From: Betaproteobacteria bacterium
Lineage (GTDB): Bacteria; Pseudomonadota; Gammaproteobacteria; Burkholderiales; Burkholderiaceae_C
Assembly (NCBI GenBank): GCA_046094505.1
Contig: JBJTHN010000028.1
Span: 48,379-112,378, forward strand
Direction: 5' to 3'
DNA: 64,000 bases
Part shown: positions 20,314 through 30,050 of the stretch, piece by piece
How the letters are laid out: each line of letters starts with the position of its first letter
How positions within the stretch are numbered: the first letter of the stretch is position 1
The notes under the pieces: model-generated
Databases searched by the model: none
What the model was told of the DNA's origin: nothing
The model's input: only the letters and a program-made list of their open reading frames with translations
Program-made: the position numbers and the translations under genes

Positions 20314-21417
20314 CTAGGGCCTGGACTGCCACGTCTGCCCATGCCGCAACACAAAGAAGTTGGCGACAGACCCAGCCCTTTGCTGGGCCAAGGCCAAGTC
20401 TCGGGGCGGCTGGTCCAGCGGCTCATCGCTAAGCCCCTCAAAGGTGCCCCAGTGGATGCCCAGCGCCGCCTTGGCCCGAACATCGCCCATCACCCGCAGC
20501 GCCTCTTCGGGGTTGAGGTGAGACTCCTTCATAAACCAACGCGGCTCATAGGCGCCGATGGCGATGGCCGCCAAGTCGATCGGGCCGATGCGGCGACCGA
20601 TGTCCACGGTGTCGGGCGAATAACCCAGGTCACCTGAAAACCAAAAGCGGAAGGTGGGGTGCAGGACGGCCCAGCTGCCCCACAAGGTTTGGTTACGGTC
20701 GCCCAGCGCCCGCGCGCTCCAGTGCTGCACCGCCAAAAAGTGAAAGTCCAGCGGCTGCGTGCGCCCCTGCACCGTGTGACGATCATCCCAGTCCAGAGCC
20801 ACCACATTGCGCCTGGCGCCCTCGATCACCGCACCCCGAACCTCGCGCGCGAACCAATGCTGAACCCCCAACGGAACCAGGAACCGCACGCCCGGGTGAC
20901 GGTCCATCAGGGCTTGCACGGTTGTCGCATCCAGGTGGTCAAAGTGGTTGTGCGAGATGACCACCACGTGGATGGGCGGCAGCTGCTCAAAGGGCACACC
21001 GGGAGCCTGGTGCCGCTTCGGCCCGGCAAAGCTCACCGGAGAGGCGCGCGGTCCCCAATGGGGGTCGGTGAGGATGTTCACACCGTCGACCTGCAGCAGC
21101 ACCGTGGCGTGGCCCACCCAGGTCACCCGCGCGCGCCCATCAGCGCTGTTGATCAGACCGAGGTCGGGCTGCACACCCACGATCGGCTCGGCCGGCGGCT
21201 TGGGCAGCCCATCGCGCAACCGCTCCCACTGCCAACGCCAAAGCCCTTCCTTTTCGCTGCGCTCGGCGTAGCGGTTCACGAAGCCGTCGGGGCGGTGGTG
21301 GGGCTTGGCGGCCTGATAGTCTGGGTTGCTGCGCGGCATGAACGAGACGCAGGCGGCAATCAACAGGCACGACAACAGCGCGCCCCTCAGCACAATGGGA
21401 TGTCTAAGGCGACTCAT
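20314..21417 (-). CDS. MBL-fold metallo-hydrolase (NAPE-PLD-like), membrane-anchored or secreted
   Basis: Start set to MSRLRHPIVLRGALLSCLLIAACVSF. VTWVGHATVLLQVDGVNILTDP and ISHNHFDHLD carry the HxHxDH metal motif. Confidence 0.82.
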   Translation of the reverse strand: MSRLRHPIVLRGALLSCLLIAACVSFMPRSNPDYQAAKPHHRPDGFVNRYAERSEKEGLWRWQWERLRDGLPKPPAEPIVGVQPDLGLINSADGRARVTWVGHATVLLQVDGVNILTDPHWGPRASPVSFAGPKRHQAPGVPFEQLPPIHVVVISHNHFDHLDATTVQALMDRHPGVRFLVPLGVQHWFAREVRGAVIEGARRNVVALDWDDRHTVQGRTQPLDFHFLAVQHWSARALGDRNQTLWGSWAVLHPTFRFWFSGDLGYSPDTVDIGRRIGPIDLAAIAIGAYEPRWFMKESHLNPEEALRVMGDVRAKAALGIHWGTFEGLSDEPLDQPPRDLALAQQRAGSVANFFVLRHGQTWQSRP

Positions 21418-21453
21418 CAAGACCAGCTCCGTTGGAATGATCGCATCGAATTC

Positions 21454-21870
21454 ATGAACCCGCAAACTTCAATGACCACGGCCTCATCATCACACGCCCC
21501 ATCTGCTGTGACGCTGCGCGCCACCGACGGCTACCCGCTTCAGGCCTTGCGCTACCCCGCGCGCAGCCAAGCTGTGGGACACCTGCAGGTAGCCGGCGCC
21601 ACCGGCGTGCCGCAGCGCCACTACCGCCGCTTTGCCGAATTCGCCGCTGAACGCGGGCTGGAGCGGCTGGATGTCGCCAGGCGAGCGCCTGCGGGTCACC
21701 ATCATGTGGCGCGTGCTGGGGCCCTTGATCGTAAAGGCCAAGGGCTACCTGGCTTGGAGCCTGCTGGGCATGGGCGAAGACTTGCCGCGCGATGTGTTCT
21801 ACCAATGGCGCCACTGGTGCCAGTGGCCACGTTACGTCTTTGACGACCCGGGGCTCGGTGAGCGCTGGCT
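21454..21870 (+). pseudogene. alpha/beta hydrolase relic with the central catalytic portion deleted
   Basis: The N-terminal piece is LRATDGYPLQALRYPA...VAGATGVPQRHYRRFAEFAAERGL in one frame. The late-domain piece is GYLAWSLLGMGEDLPRDVFYQWRHWCQWPRYVFDDP in another frame about 40 codons later. The ~130-150 aa that should carry the GHSxG nucleophile are missing. Confidence 0.55.
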
Positions 21871-22002
21871 GAACGAGCTTCCGTACCGAACGCGGCCTCT
21901 TCCGCAAGGAACTGGCCGCTCTGGTGGACGTCAATCCGCAAACCATCGGGTTTCTGGGCAGTTGCAACGGGGGCTACAGGCGCCGACATCAAGCCTCTGG
22001 GC

Positions 22003-22333
22003 ATGCGCGCTCGCCATTCAGCAGGCCGTGCTGCGGCCGACCGCCGCCAACGGCTTGAGCGACTGCTGCGCTGGACACACCAACACCCGAACCATCCGAT
22101 CACCATCGGCCAAGCGGCCGAGTTCCTGCACGTCAGTCCGGCGGCCTTCAGCAGGGCCTTCAATTCGTTCGGACCGCCCCGTTGCTGAAATCGCGGTCCG
22201 TTGCGGCTTCCCGACCCTGTCCAACTTCCATGAACAGTTTACGAGGCGAACCGGCGAGTCACCCCGGCGTTACCGAAATCGAACCGCAGCTCAGGGCCTG
22301 CCCGATGCCGGCAATCCCGGCGCGGCGCGCTGA
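22003..22333 (+). pseudogene. AraC/XylS-family regulator relic (HTH region only, internally deleted and frameshifted)
   Basis: First HTH LERLLRWTHQHPNHPITIGQAAEFLHVSPAAFSRAFNS is in one frame. Second HTH VAEIAVRCGFPTLSNFHEQFTRRTGESPRRYR is in another. The usual ~25-aa inter-HTH linker and the whole N-terminal sensor domain are absent. Confidence 0.6.
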
Positions 22334-22875
22334 GGCACCTTGACCAGTCGGCTGGTGTCGTAACCCATGGCCTTGACCCGGCCCACCAAGGCGGCATAGC
22401 GCTGATCGTCAAGGGTGGGCGTACGCGCCATGATCCACACATAGTCACGGGCACTGCGCGCGATGATGGTCTCGGTGTACTGGGCGTCGACATGCGAAAT
22501 CACGAACTCGGCCTTGATCGGCCAGACAAACTGCATGCCCCAGACGGCGTTGTTGGAGCCCGGCACCACAAATCCTGTGGGCTGCATGCGCTTGGCCGGT
22601 CCATCGAAACCGCCTTGGTTGAAGGTGAACGTGGTCAGAACGCGGCCATCCGGTGCCTGTTCATAAGACTCAATGGCGTTGTAGATGTCTTTTTCCAAGA
22701 AGGTGGGAATCACGCCAATCACGTACCAAGGGCCCATGAAGCGCGCGAGGTCCACCATGGGCGCCACCGGAACCGTCACCTTTTGCGGCGTGATGGCGCA
22801 GCCAGCCATGAACGGCAGCAGCAGGGCCGCCAGCGCAGCGCGACAGGCGCGCAGTGAAGACTCCAACCTCATCAA
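22291..22875 (-). CDS. blc: bacterial lipocalin (outer-membrane lipoprotein Blc)
   Basis: Lipobox FMAGC. VDLARFMGPWYVIG, TFTFNQGG, AVWGMQFVWPIKAEFVISHVD and YVWIMARTP are lipocalin structurally conserved regions. The start may be the second Met at 22872. Confidence 0.88.
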   Translation of the reverse strand: MMRLESSLRACRAALAALLLPFMAGCAITPQKVTVPVAPMVDLARFMGPWYVIGVIPTFLEKDIYNAIESYEQAPDGRVLTTFTFNQGGFDGPAKRMQPTGFVVPGSNNAVWGMQFVWPIKAEFVISHVDAQYTETIIARSARDYVWIMARTPTLDDQRYAALVGRVKAMGYDTSRLVKVPQRAAPGLPASGRP

Positions 22876-22917
22876 TGGGCTCCGAAAGTGATCGGGCGAT
22901 CTTGCCTCATCATGCGT

Positions 22918-25482
22918 TCAATACAGCAAGAAGGGTTGACGCCGCCGCTTGAAGGCCTCCACACCCTGCTCCAGGCCGGCTGCCAGCGTCTGCGGATCCT
23001 GGCCCCGCCCCAAGGCCTCAAAGGTCTGTGCATGTACCAACAGAGCCAATAAGCGTTCAGGTTTCCAGTCTTGCGGATACAAGTGCCGCAGCGCGGCCGC
23101 CAATTCCAGACCCACGCGCACCGAACGAAACTGGGCGCGATCGGTGACGACGATGTTGACCCCACCACACCATTGACCCTTGAACACGGATGAACTGGGT
23201 TGGAACCGCACCGGAACGAAGCGCACGCCGGCCAGGCCTCGTGCATTCAGGTGCTGTGCCAGCACACGACCGTCGATGTAGGGAGCGCCCACCCATTCAA
23301 ACGGTGTATCCGTGCCCCGACCCACCGACAAGTTGGTGTACTCCAGCAGGCCCACACCGGAGTACAGCGTGGCCTGCGTGAGACTGCGCATATTGGGTGA
23401 AGGGTTGATCCACAGTTGGTGGGTTTCGTCAAACCACTGCGTGCGCCGCCAGTTCTCCATGGCAATCACACGCACGTCCGCACCGATACCCTGTTCCCGG
23501 TTGAACATCAGAGCCAGCTCCCCGATGGTCATGCCATGACGAACCGGCAGTGTGTGGGTGGCCACAAAACTCAGCTTGTCGGCATCAGCCAAGGGGCCTT
23601 CCACCTGCAACCCGTTGATGGGATTGGGCCGGTCCAGCACGAACACCGGCTTGCCGGCCTTGGCCGCCTCTTCCAACACATGCTGCAGGGTGGAGATGTA
23701 GGTGTAGAAGCGCGTGCCGATGTCTTGGATGTCGAAGACCAAGGCATCGAGCGCTTGTAGCTGCTCAGGCTTGGGACGGCGGCTCTTCCCATAGAGGGAA
23801 TAGATGGGCAGGCCGCTGGCCGCATCGACGTCATCGGCAATCTGCGCCTGGTCGAGCTCGCCCCGTATGCCGTGCTCGGGAGAGAACAGCGCCACCAGTT
23901 GCACCGGCTTGCCATTTCTCAACACGTCGATGGTCGATTGGCCAGCGCGATTGCGCCCGGTGTGGTTGGTCACCAGGCCCACGCGCAGGCCCGCCAGCGG
24001 CTGGAACCCATTGCGCTCCAATACATCAATGCCGTTGAGAACAGGGGCTGACGCCGCGCGCACCGTCGGCACGAAGGACTCACGCGCCTTTTCCGCCTGA
24101 AGCCTGAATCGTGGCAACTGCGCGGCCACTTGGGCGGCGTACTGTGCTTCGAATGTCGCAGAGCTTGGCAGCGCAGCCACTGGGGCAGCACCGGGCGACC
24201 CGGGCTCCGCAGCGTGCAGGCCCCCGCCGGCCCACGCGGCCACCAGCGTCATCACCTTGGCCCGCAGGGCGGTCACGTCGCCCTTGCCATCGGGGTGCAC
24301 CCGGTTGGACAGAAACACCACATAGGTCTGCGACACCGGATCGATCCACAGCGAAGTGCCGGTAAATCCGGTGTGCCCGAACGATCCCAGCGGAAAGAGC
24401 TCGCCTCGATTGGCCGAAAAGGGCGTGGCCATGTCCCAGCCCAAGCCGCGCGTCCAGCCCTCCTCACTGACCACCACGGGGGCTGTCATGCGCGCAAGGC
24501 TCGCGGGCGACAGCAAGCGCTGGCCGTCCAGCACTCCCCCGTTGAGCACCATCTGAGCAAAACGGGACAAGTCGTCGGCTGTCGAGAACAGCCCGGCGTG
24601 TCCGGCCACACCCTGCATGCGGTGCGCTGTGGGGTCATGCACCTGCCCGCGCAGCATGCGATGCCCCTGCGCCGCGGGTCCCTGAAAGCTCGCTCCCAGA
24701 TAACTCTGCTGGCCGCGAACACGCTCGGTGGGCGCCAAGCGGTTCAGGTCTGCCTCTTCACGAGCTGGGACCGCGGTGTCCAAGCGTCGAAACGCACTGT
24801 CGCGCATACCCAGGGGCCTGGCGATCTCCTGCGCAAAGAACTGGTCGAGCCGGCGGCCACTGACCCGTTCAATGATTTCACCCAACACGATGAAACCGAT
24901 GTCGGAGTACACGAACTTCGACCCAGGGGCATGGGCCAGCCGCTCCGTGGCCAGGGCACGGAGCATGCCTTCGCGCCCCGTCCAGACTTGCTTGAGGTCG
25001 AAGTCTGGCGCGTATCCGGCCACATGGGTCAGGAGTTGGAAAACCGTCACCCGCTTGGCCGCCTCATGCTGCAAATCGGGTATCCAACGGCCGACGGTGT
25101 CAGCCAGCCGTAACTCGCCACGCTCCACCAGCATCATCGTGGCTGTGGCGGTGGCCACCACCTTGGTCAGGCTGGCCACATCGAACACCGTATCGGGCGT
25201 CATGCCTTCCGCCAGGGGCACGATCGCGCGCTGCCCTATGGCCTGCCGGTACACCACACGGCCACGATGGCCCACCAGCACCACGGCTCCGGGCAGCTTG
25301 CCAGCATCAATCTCTGCTTGAACCAAGGCTTGTAGCCGCTGCGCCAATTCCACAGGGGCGCGGGGCTGAGGGTTGGCCAGAGGCTGGGGAGCAGGCTGCT
25401 GTGGCTGAGCCGCCCCCGCGTTGCCGGCCACACAAGCCAGCGTGATCATTAGCGTGCGAAACAAAGCGTTGGATGCGGGCAT
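22918..25482 (-). CDS. secreted fusion protein: beta-lactamase-fold serine hydrolase (N-terminal) plus DUF1343/NamZ exo-beta-N-acetylmuramidase domain (C-terminal)
   Basis: Signal peptide MPASNALFRTLMITLACVAGNAGAA. N-terminal domain motifs are SLTK (aa 104-107), YSD (192-194) and HTG (370-372). C-terminal domain motifs are GLVTNHTG, LFSPEHGIRGE, FDIQDIGTRFYTYISTL, VLDRPNPINGLQVEGP and RHGMTIGELA, typical of DUF1343. Confidence 0.85.
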   Translation of the reverse strand: MPASNALFRTLMITLACVAGNAGAAQPQQPAPQPLANPQPRAPVELAQRLQALVQAEIDAGKLPGAVVLVGHRGRVVYRQAIGQRAIVPLAEGMTPDTVFDVASLTKVVATATATMMLVERGELRLADTVGRWIPDLQHEAAKRVTVFQLLTHVAGYAPDFDLKQVWTGREGMLRALATERLAHAPGSKFVYSDIGFIVLGEIIERVSGRRLDQFFAQEIARPLGMRDSAFRRLDTAVPAREEADLNRLAPTERVRGQQSYLGASFQGPAAQGHRMLRGQVHDPTAHRMQGVAGHAGLFSTADDLSRFAQMVLNGGVLDGQRLLSPASLARMTAPVVVSEEGWTRGLGWDMATPFSANRGELFPLGSFGHTGFTGTSLWIDPVSQTYVVFLSNRVHPDGKGDVTALRAKVMTLVAAWAGGGLHAAEPGSPGAAPVAALPSSATFEAQYAAQVAAQLPRFRLQAEKARESFVPTVRAASAPVLNGIDVLERNGFQPLAGLRVGLVTNHTGRNRAGQSTIDVLRNGKPVQLVALFSPEHGIRGELDQAQIADDVDAASGLPIYSLYGKSRRPKPEQLQALDALVFDIQDIGTRFYTYISTLQHVLEEAAKAGKPVFVLDRPNPINGLQVEGPLADADKLSFVATHTLPVRHGMTIGELALMFNREQGIGADVRVIAMENWRRTQWFDETHQLWINPSPNMRSLTQATLYSGVGLLEYTNLSVGRGTDTPFEWVGAPYIDGRVLAQHLNARGLAGVRFVPVRFQPSSSVFKGQWCGGVNIVVTDRAQFRSVRVGLELAAALRHLYPQDWKPERLLALLVHAQTFEALGRGQDPQTLAAGLEQGVEAFKRRRQPFLLY

Positions 25483-25524
25483 TGGATATCGGCATGGGCG
25501 AAGGCCATGCCGGCCCCTTCGAAT

Positions 25525-27402
<1,878 letters not shown>

Positions 27403-27548
27403 GGGGTGCACTCCGAAGTGGCTGTGTCCCCTGATGGTATTCAGACCACATATCAATCGGCGATCAAATTTCAAATCAAAACGCAATAATTTTGTGTCTC
27501 GCGCTCCATTAACAATAAAATTTACTTTTCTTTCCAATGAGTGAATAA
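27403..27548. promoter_or_regulatory. AT-rich divergent promoter/operator region between glmS and the Lrp/AsnC regulator gene
   Basis: This 146-bp spacer contains runs such as caaatttcaaatcaaaacgcaataatttt and aacaataaaatttacttttctttcc. That composition is strikingly AT-rich for this window and resembles degenerate Lrp-type binding regions. Confidence 0.45.
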
Positions 27549-28025
27549 ATGATCGCCCTCGATGACCTCGACCACCGCATCCTCCACGCGCTTCAGGACC
27601 AAGCCGACCGGTCCAATTTGGAAATTGCCCGTCTGATCGGCCTCTCGCCCGCCGCCACACTGCGGCGCATCAAGCGCCTTAAAGACCAGGGCGTGATCGA
27701 GCGGGTGGTCGCCGTCCTCAACCCCCAAGCCGTGGGCGTAGGCCTCTTGACCGTGGTCGAGGTCAGCTTGGAGCGGCAAGGTGAGCACGCACTTCAGGCC
27801 TTCGCAGCGCTGGCCTGCAGGCAAGCCGAGGTTCAACAGTGCTACCAGGTCTCACCCGGGCCCGATTTCGTGCTCATCGCCCAGGTGCCCGACATGCCGG
27901 CCTACCACGCGTTCAGCCAGCGTCTGCTGACCGAAGAGGCCAACGTCCGCCATGTCAAGGCCTACTTCAGTGTGAAGCGGCACGCCTTCAAGGCGGGCTT
28001 GAACCTGATGGCAGCCGTCCGCTAG
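27549..28025 (+). CDS. Lrp/AsnC family transcriptional regulator
   Basis: [47 protein letters not shown] is the HTH_AsnC region. It is followed by a RAM/AsnC_trans_reg domain. Length is 158 aa. Confidence 0.9.
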   Translation: MIALDDLDHRILHALQDQADRSNLEIARLIGLSPAATLRRIKRLKDQGVIERVVAVLNPQAVGVGLLTVVEVSLERQGEHALQAFAALACRQAEVQQCYQVSPGPDFVLIAQVPDMPAYHAFSQRLLTEEANVRHVKAYFSVKRHAFKAGLNLMAAVR

Positions 28026-28081
28026 CCTTCCAAGTTTCAGGTTCACCACCGCGTCAGCTGGACCTGGACCCGAGCACCAAA

Positions 28082-28101
28082 ATTAGCTAGACTTAGCTAA
28101 T
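28082..28101. promoter_or_regulatory. palindromic operator candidate ATTAGCTA-GACT-TAGCTAAT upstream of the toxin-antitoxin operon
   Basis: Read directly. There are two copies of the self-complementary hexamer TAGCTA, 10 bp apart centre to centre. The element ends 22 bp before the antitoxin ATG. Confidence 0.5.
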
Positions 28102-28123
28102 CTATCGGGTTCAAGGTACCGGG

Positions 28124-28369
28124 ATGACCACCATCAACATGTTTGAAGCCAAGTCCACGCTCTCGCGCCTCGTCGACGACATCGAGCAGGGCCGCGAGCG
28201 GGAGATCATCATTGCCCGAAACGGCAAGCCCGCCGCGCGCCTGGTGGCCATGGAGCACGCGCCTGCGCTCAACCGCATCGGCGTGGCCAAAGGCCTCTTC
28301 GAGGTGCCCGACTCCATTGACCTCCACAACGCCGAGGTGGCGCAGCTGTTCAACGGTGATTCGCCATGA
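28124..28369 (+). CDS. type II antitoxin, Phd/YefM family
   Basis: 81 aa. MTTINMFEAKSTLSRLVDDIEQGREREIIIARNGKPAARLV is the canonical Phd/YefM N-terminus. Its stop overlaps the toxin start as ATGA. Confidence 0.88.
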   Translation: MTTINMFEAKSTLSRLVDDIEQGREREIIIARNGKPAARLVAMEHAPALNRIGVAKGLFEVPDSIDLHNAEVAQLFNGDSP

Positions 28370-28752
28370 ACCTGCTGCTGGACACCCACGTGGCCCTTTG
28401 GGCCCTGGTCGACAGCCCGCGTCTGTCGGCACAGGCCCGAAGCCGGATCCTGCATCCGCGCGCCAGCGTTTGGGTCAGCGTGGCCAGCCTCTGGGAAATC
28501 GCCATCAAGTACTCCCTGGGTCGAGGGGACATGCCGATTTCCAGTGCCCAGGCGCTGCACCACTTTCGGCAATCGGGCTATCGCATCCTGGCGGTCGAGG
28601 CTGAACACACCACCGCTGTGGAGCAACTCCCCGCCTTGCACCAAGATCCCTTCGACCGCCTGCTGGTGGCCCAAGCGCTGACTGAACCTATGCAGCTGCT
28701 CACCCACGACGCCACGTTGACGCTGTACAGCGCGAACATCGTGCACTGCTGA
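28366..28752 (+). CDS. vapC: type II toxin, PIN-domain ribonuclease (VapC family)
   Basis: 128 aa. LLLDTHVALW (acidic D6), WEIAIK (E), DPFDRLLVAQA (D) and THD near the C-terminus form the PIN acidic quartet. Confidence 0.88.
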   Translation: MNLLLDTHVALWALVDSPRLSAQARSRILHPRASVWVSVASLWEIAIKYSLGRGDMPISSAQALHHFRQSGYRILAVEAEHTTAVEQLPALHQDPFDRLLVAQALTEPMQLLTHDATLTLYSANIVHC

Positions 28753-28766
28753 AGTGCAGCGGCCGC

Positions 28767-29981
28767 TCAGCGCTTGATGATGGCCAAGCCCTTGAGGTAC
28801 TCCCCCTCAGGAAAACAGATGGTCTGCGGATGGTCGGGTGCTGCGGCCATGCGGTCCAAGATGTAGCCGTCCACACCCGCATCCATCCCGGCGCCCGCCA
28901 CGATCTTGTGAAAGAGCTCGGGGCCCACACCGCCGGAGCAGGAAAAGGTCAGCAGCAGGCCGCCGGGCGATAGCAGCTTGAAGGCCAAGCGGTTGATGTC
29001 CTTGTAGGCGCGCGCAGCCCGCTCGGCGTGCGCAGCCGTTGGTGCGAACTTCGGCGGGTCCATCACGATGGCGTCATACCGCTCGCCTTGCTTGTTCGCT
29101 TCTCTCAGGGTCTGGTTCACAGCGGCGGCCAGCACCCGATGGCGAGCCGCTTCGAACCCATTGAGCGCCACATGCGCCGAGGCGCGCGCCAGGGCAGGCG
29201 CCGAAGAATCCACACTCACCACTTCGGCGGCACCGCCGGCCAGCGCCGCGACTGAAAACCCACCGGTGTAGCAATAGCAGTTCAAAACCCGCTGCACGCC
29301 AAACTGCCGCACCCACTGCGCAAAGCGCCAGCGGTTGTCGCGCTGGTCCAGGTAAAAGCCCGTCTTGTGGCCCTCCGCCACATCCAGGGTCAGCTTCCAG
29401 TCGTGCTCGTCGATGGTGACTTCAGTGGGCGGTGTGCGCCCCACCGTTGAGCTCACAGCAGCCTCCTGCCCACGCAGCCAGCCCGTCACCGGCTGCAGCC
29501 CCTCCAGGGTGCGCACGCCGGAGTCTGAGCGCTCATAGAGCGCGGCCAAGCCGGTGCGTTCCACCAGGATGTCGGCAATCGCCTGCTTCCAACGTTCGGT
29601 GCCGGCCGACAAGAACTGAACACTCAAGACATCGGCATAGCGGTCCACGATCAGGCCGGGCAGACCATCGGCTTCGCCATGGATCAGGCGTACCCCATTG
29701 CTGCGGATGGGCAGGCGCGCGCGCAGGTCCAGGGCGGTCTGAATTCGTCGCTTGAAGAACGCGTGGTCGATGCGCTCAGCTTCATCAAAACTCCAGGCCC
29801 GCGCACGGATCATGGAGCTGGGGCTAAAGGATGCCCAGGCCAGGAAGTCGCCCGCGGCGGACTCCACCCGAACCGTCTCTCCAGGATCGGCTTGGCCCTT
29901 GGCGATGCTGCCCTGAAACACCCAGGGGTGGCGGCGCAGCAGCGAACGCTCTTTGCCCTCGCGCAACTTGATGCTCTTCAT
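28767..29981 (-). CDS. rlmI: 23S rRNA (cytosine1962-C5)-methyltransferase
   Basis: The N-terminus KLREGKERSLLRRHPWVFQGSI is PUA-like. The SAM-MTase core contains VLNCYCYTGGFSVAA, DPPKF and FSCSG. Confidence 0.85.
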   Translation of the reverse strand: MKSIKLREGKERSLLRRHPWVFQGSIAKGQADPGETVRVESAAGDFLAWASFSPSSMIRARAWSFDEAERIDHAFFKRRIQTALDLRARLPIRSNGVRLIHGEADGLPGLIVDRYADVLSVQFLSAGTERWKQAIADILVERTGLAALYERSDSGVRTLEGLQPVTGWLRGQEAAVSSTVGRTPPTEVTIDEHDWKLTLDVAEGHKTGFYLDQRDNRWRFAQWVRQFGVQRVLNCYCYTGGFSVAALAGGAAEVVSVDSSAPALARASAHVALNGFEAARHRVLAAAVNQTLREANKQGERYDAIVMDPPKFAPTAAHAERAARAYKDINRLAFKLLSPGGLLLTFSCSGGVGPELFHKIVAGAGMDAGVDGYILDRMAAAPDHPQTICFPEGEYLKGLAIIKR

Positions 29982-30011
29982 GCGCCGGATTGTCGGCTAC
30001 CGGGTCCGCCA

Positions 30012-30050
30012 GCCCTCACCCCTTGCCCTCACCCCTGGCCCTCACTCCTT
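30012..30050. repeat. three tandem copies of a 13-bp unit (GCCCTCACCCCTT / GCCCTCACCCCTG / GCCCTCACTCCTT)
   Basis: Read directly. The third copy contains the xerC stop codon (tca at 30042-30044). The array fills most of the xerC-rlmI spacer. Confidence 0.8.

Noticed and set aside
27403-27480. glmS ribozyme in the glmS leader.
   Set aside because: The ribozyme is a Gram-positive element. The leader here is short and AT-rich and shows none of the conserved core. A protein regulator gene lies divergently instead.
27403-27660. N-terminal extensions of track ORFs: glmS (+86 codons), tsaB (54785-55348), lpxL-like (33538-34065), MFS (38570-38929), glmU (51278-51439), mexA-like (4268-4597), MidA-like (48571-48921), purE (61309-61629).
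   Set aside because: In every case the family-typical N-terminus (e.g. MCGIVG, MKLLALDTS, MTLAIVIMAAGKG) begins at an internal Met/Val with a plausible SD. The upstream extension either overlaps a neighbouring gene or regulatory RNA or runs through an AT-rich promoter.
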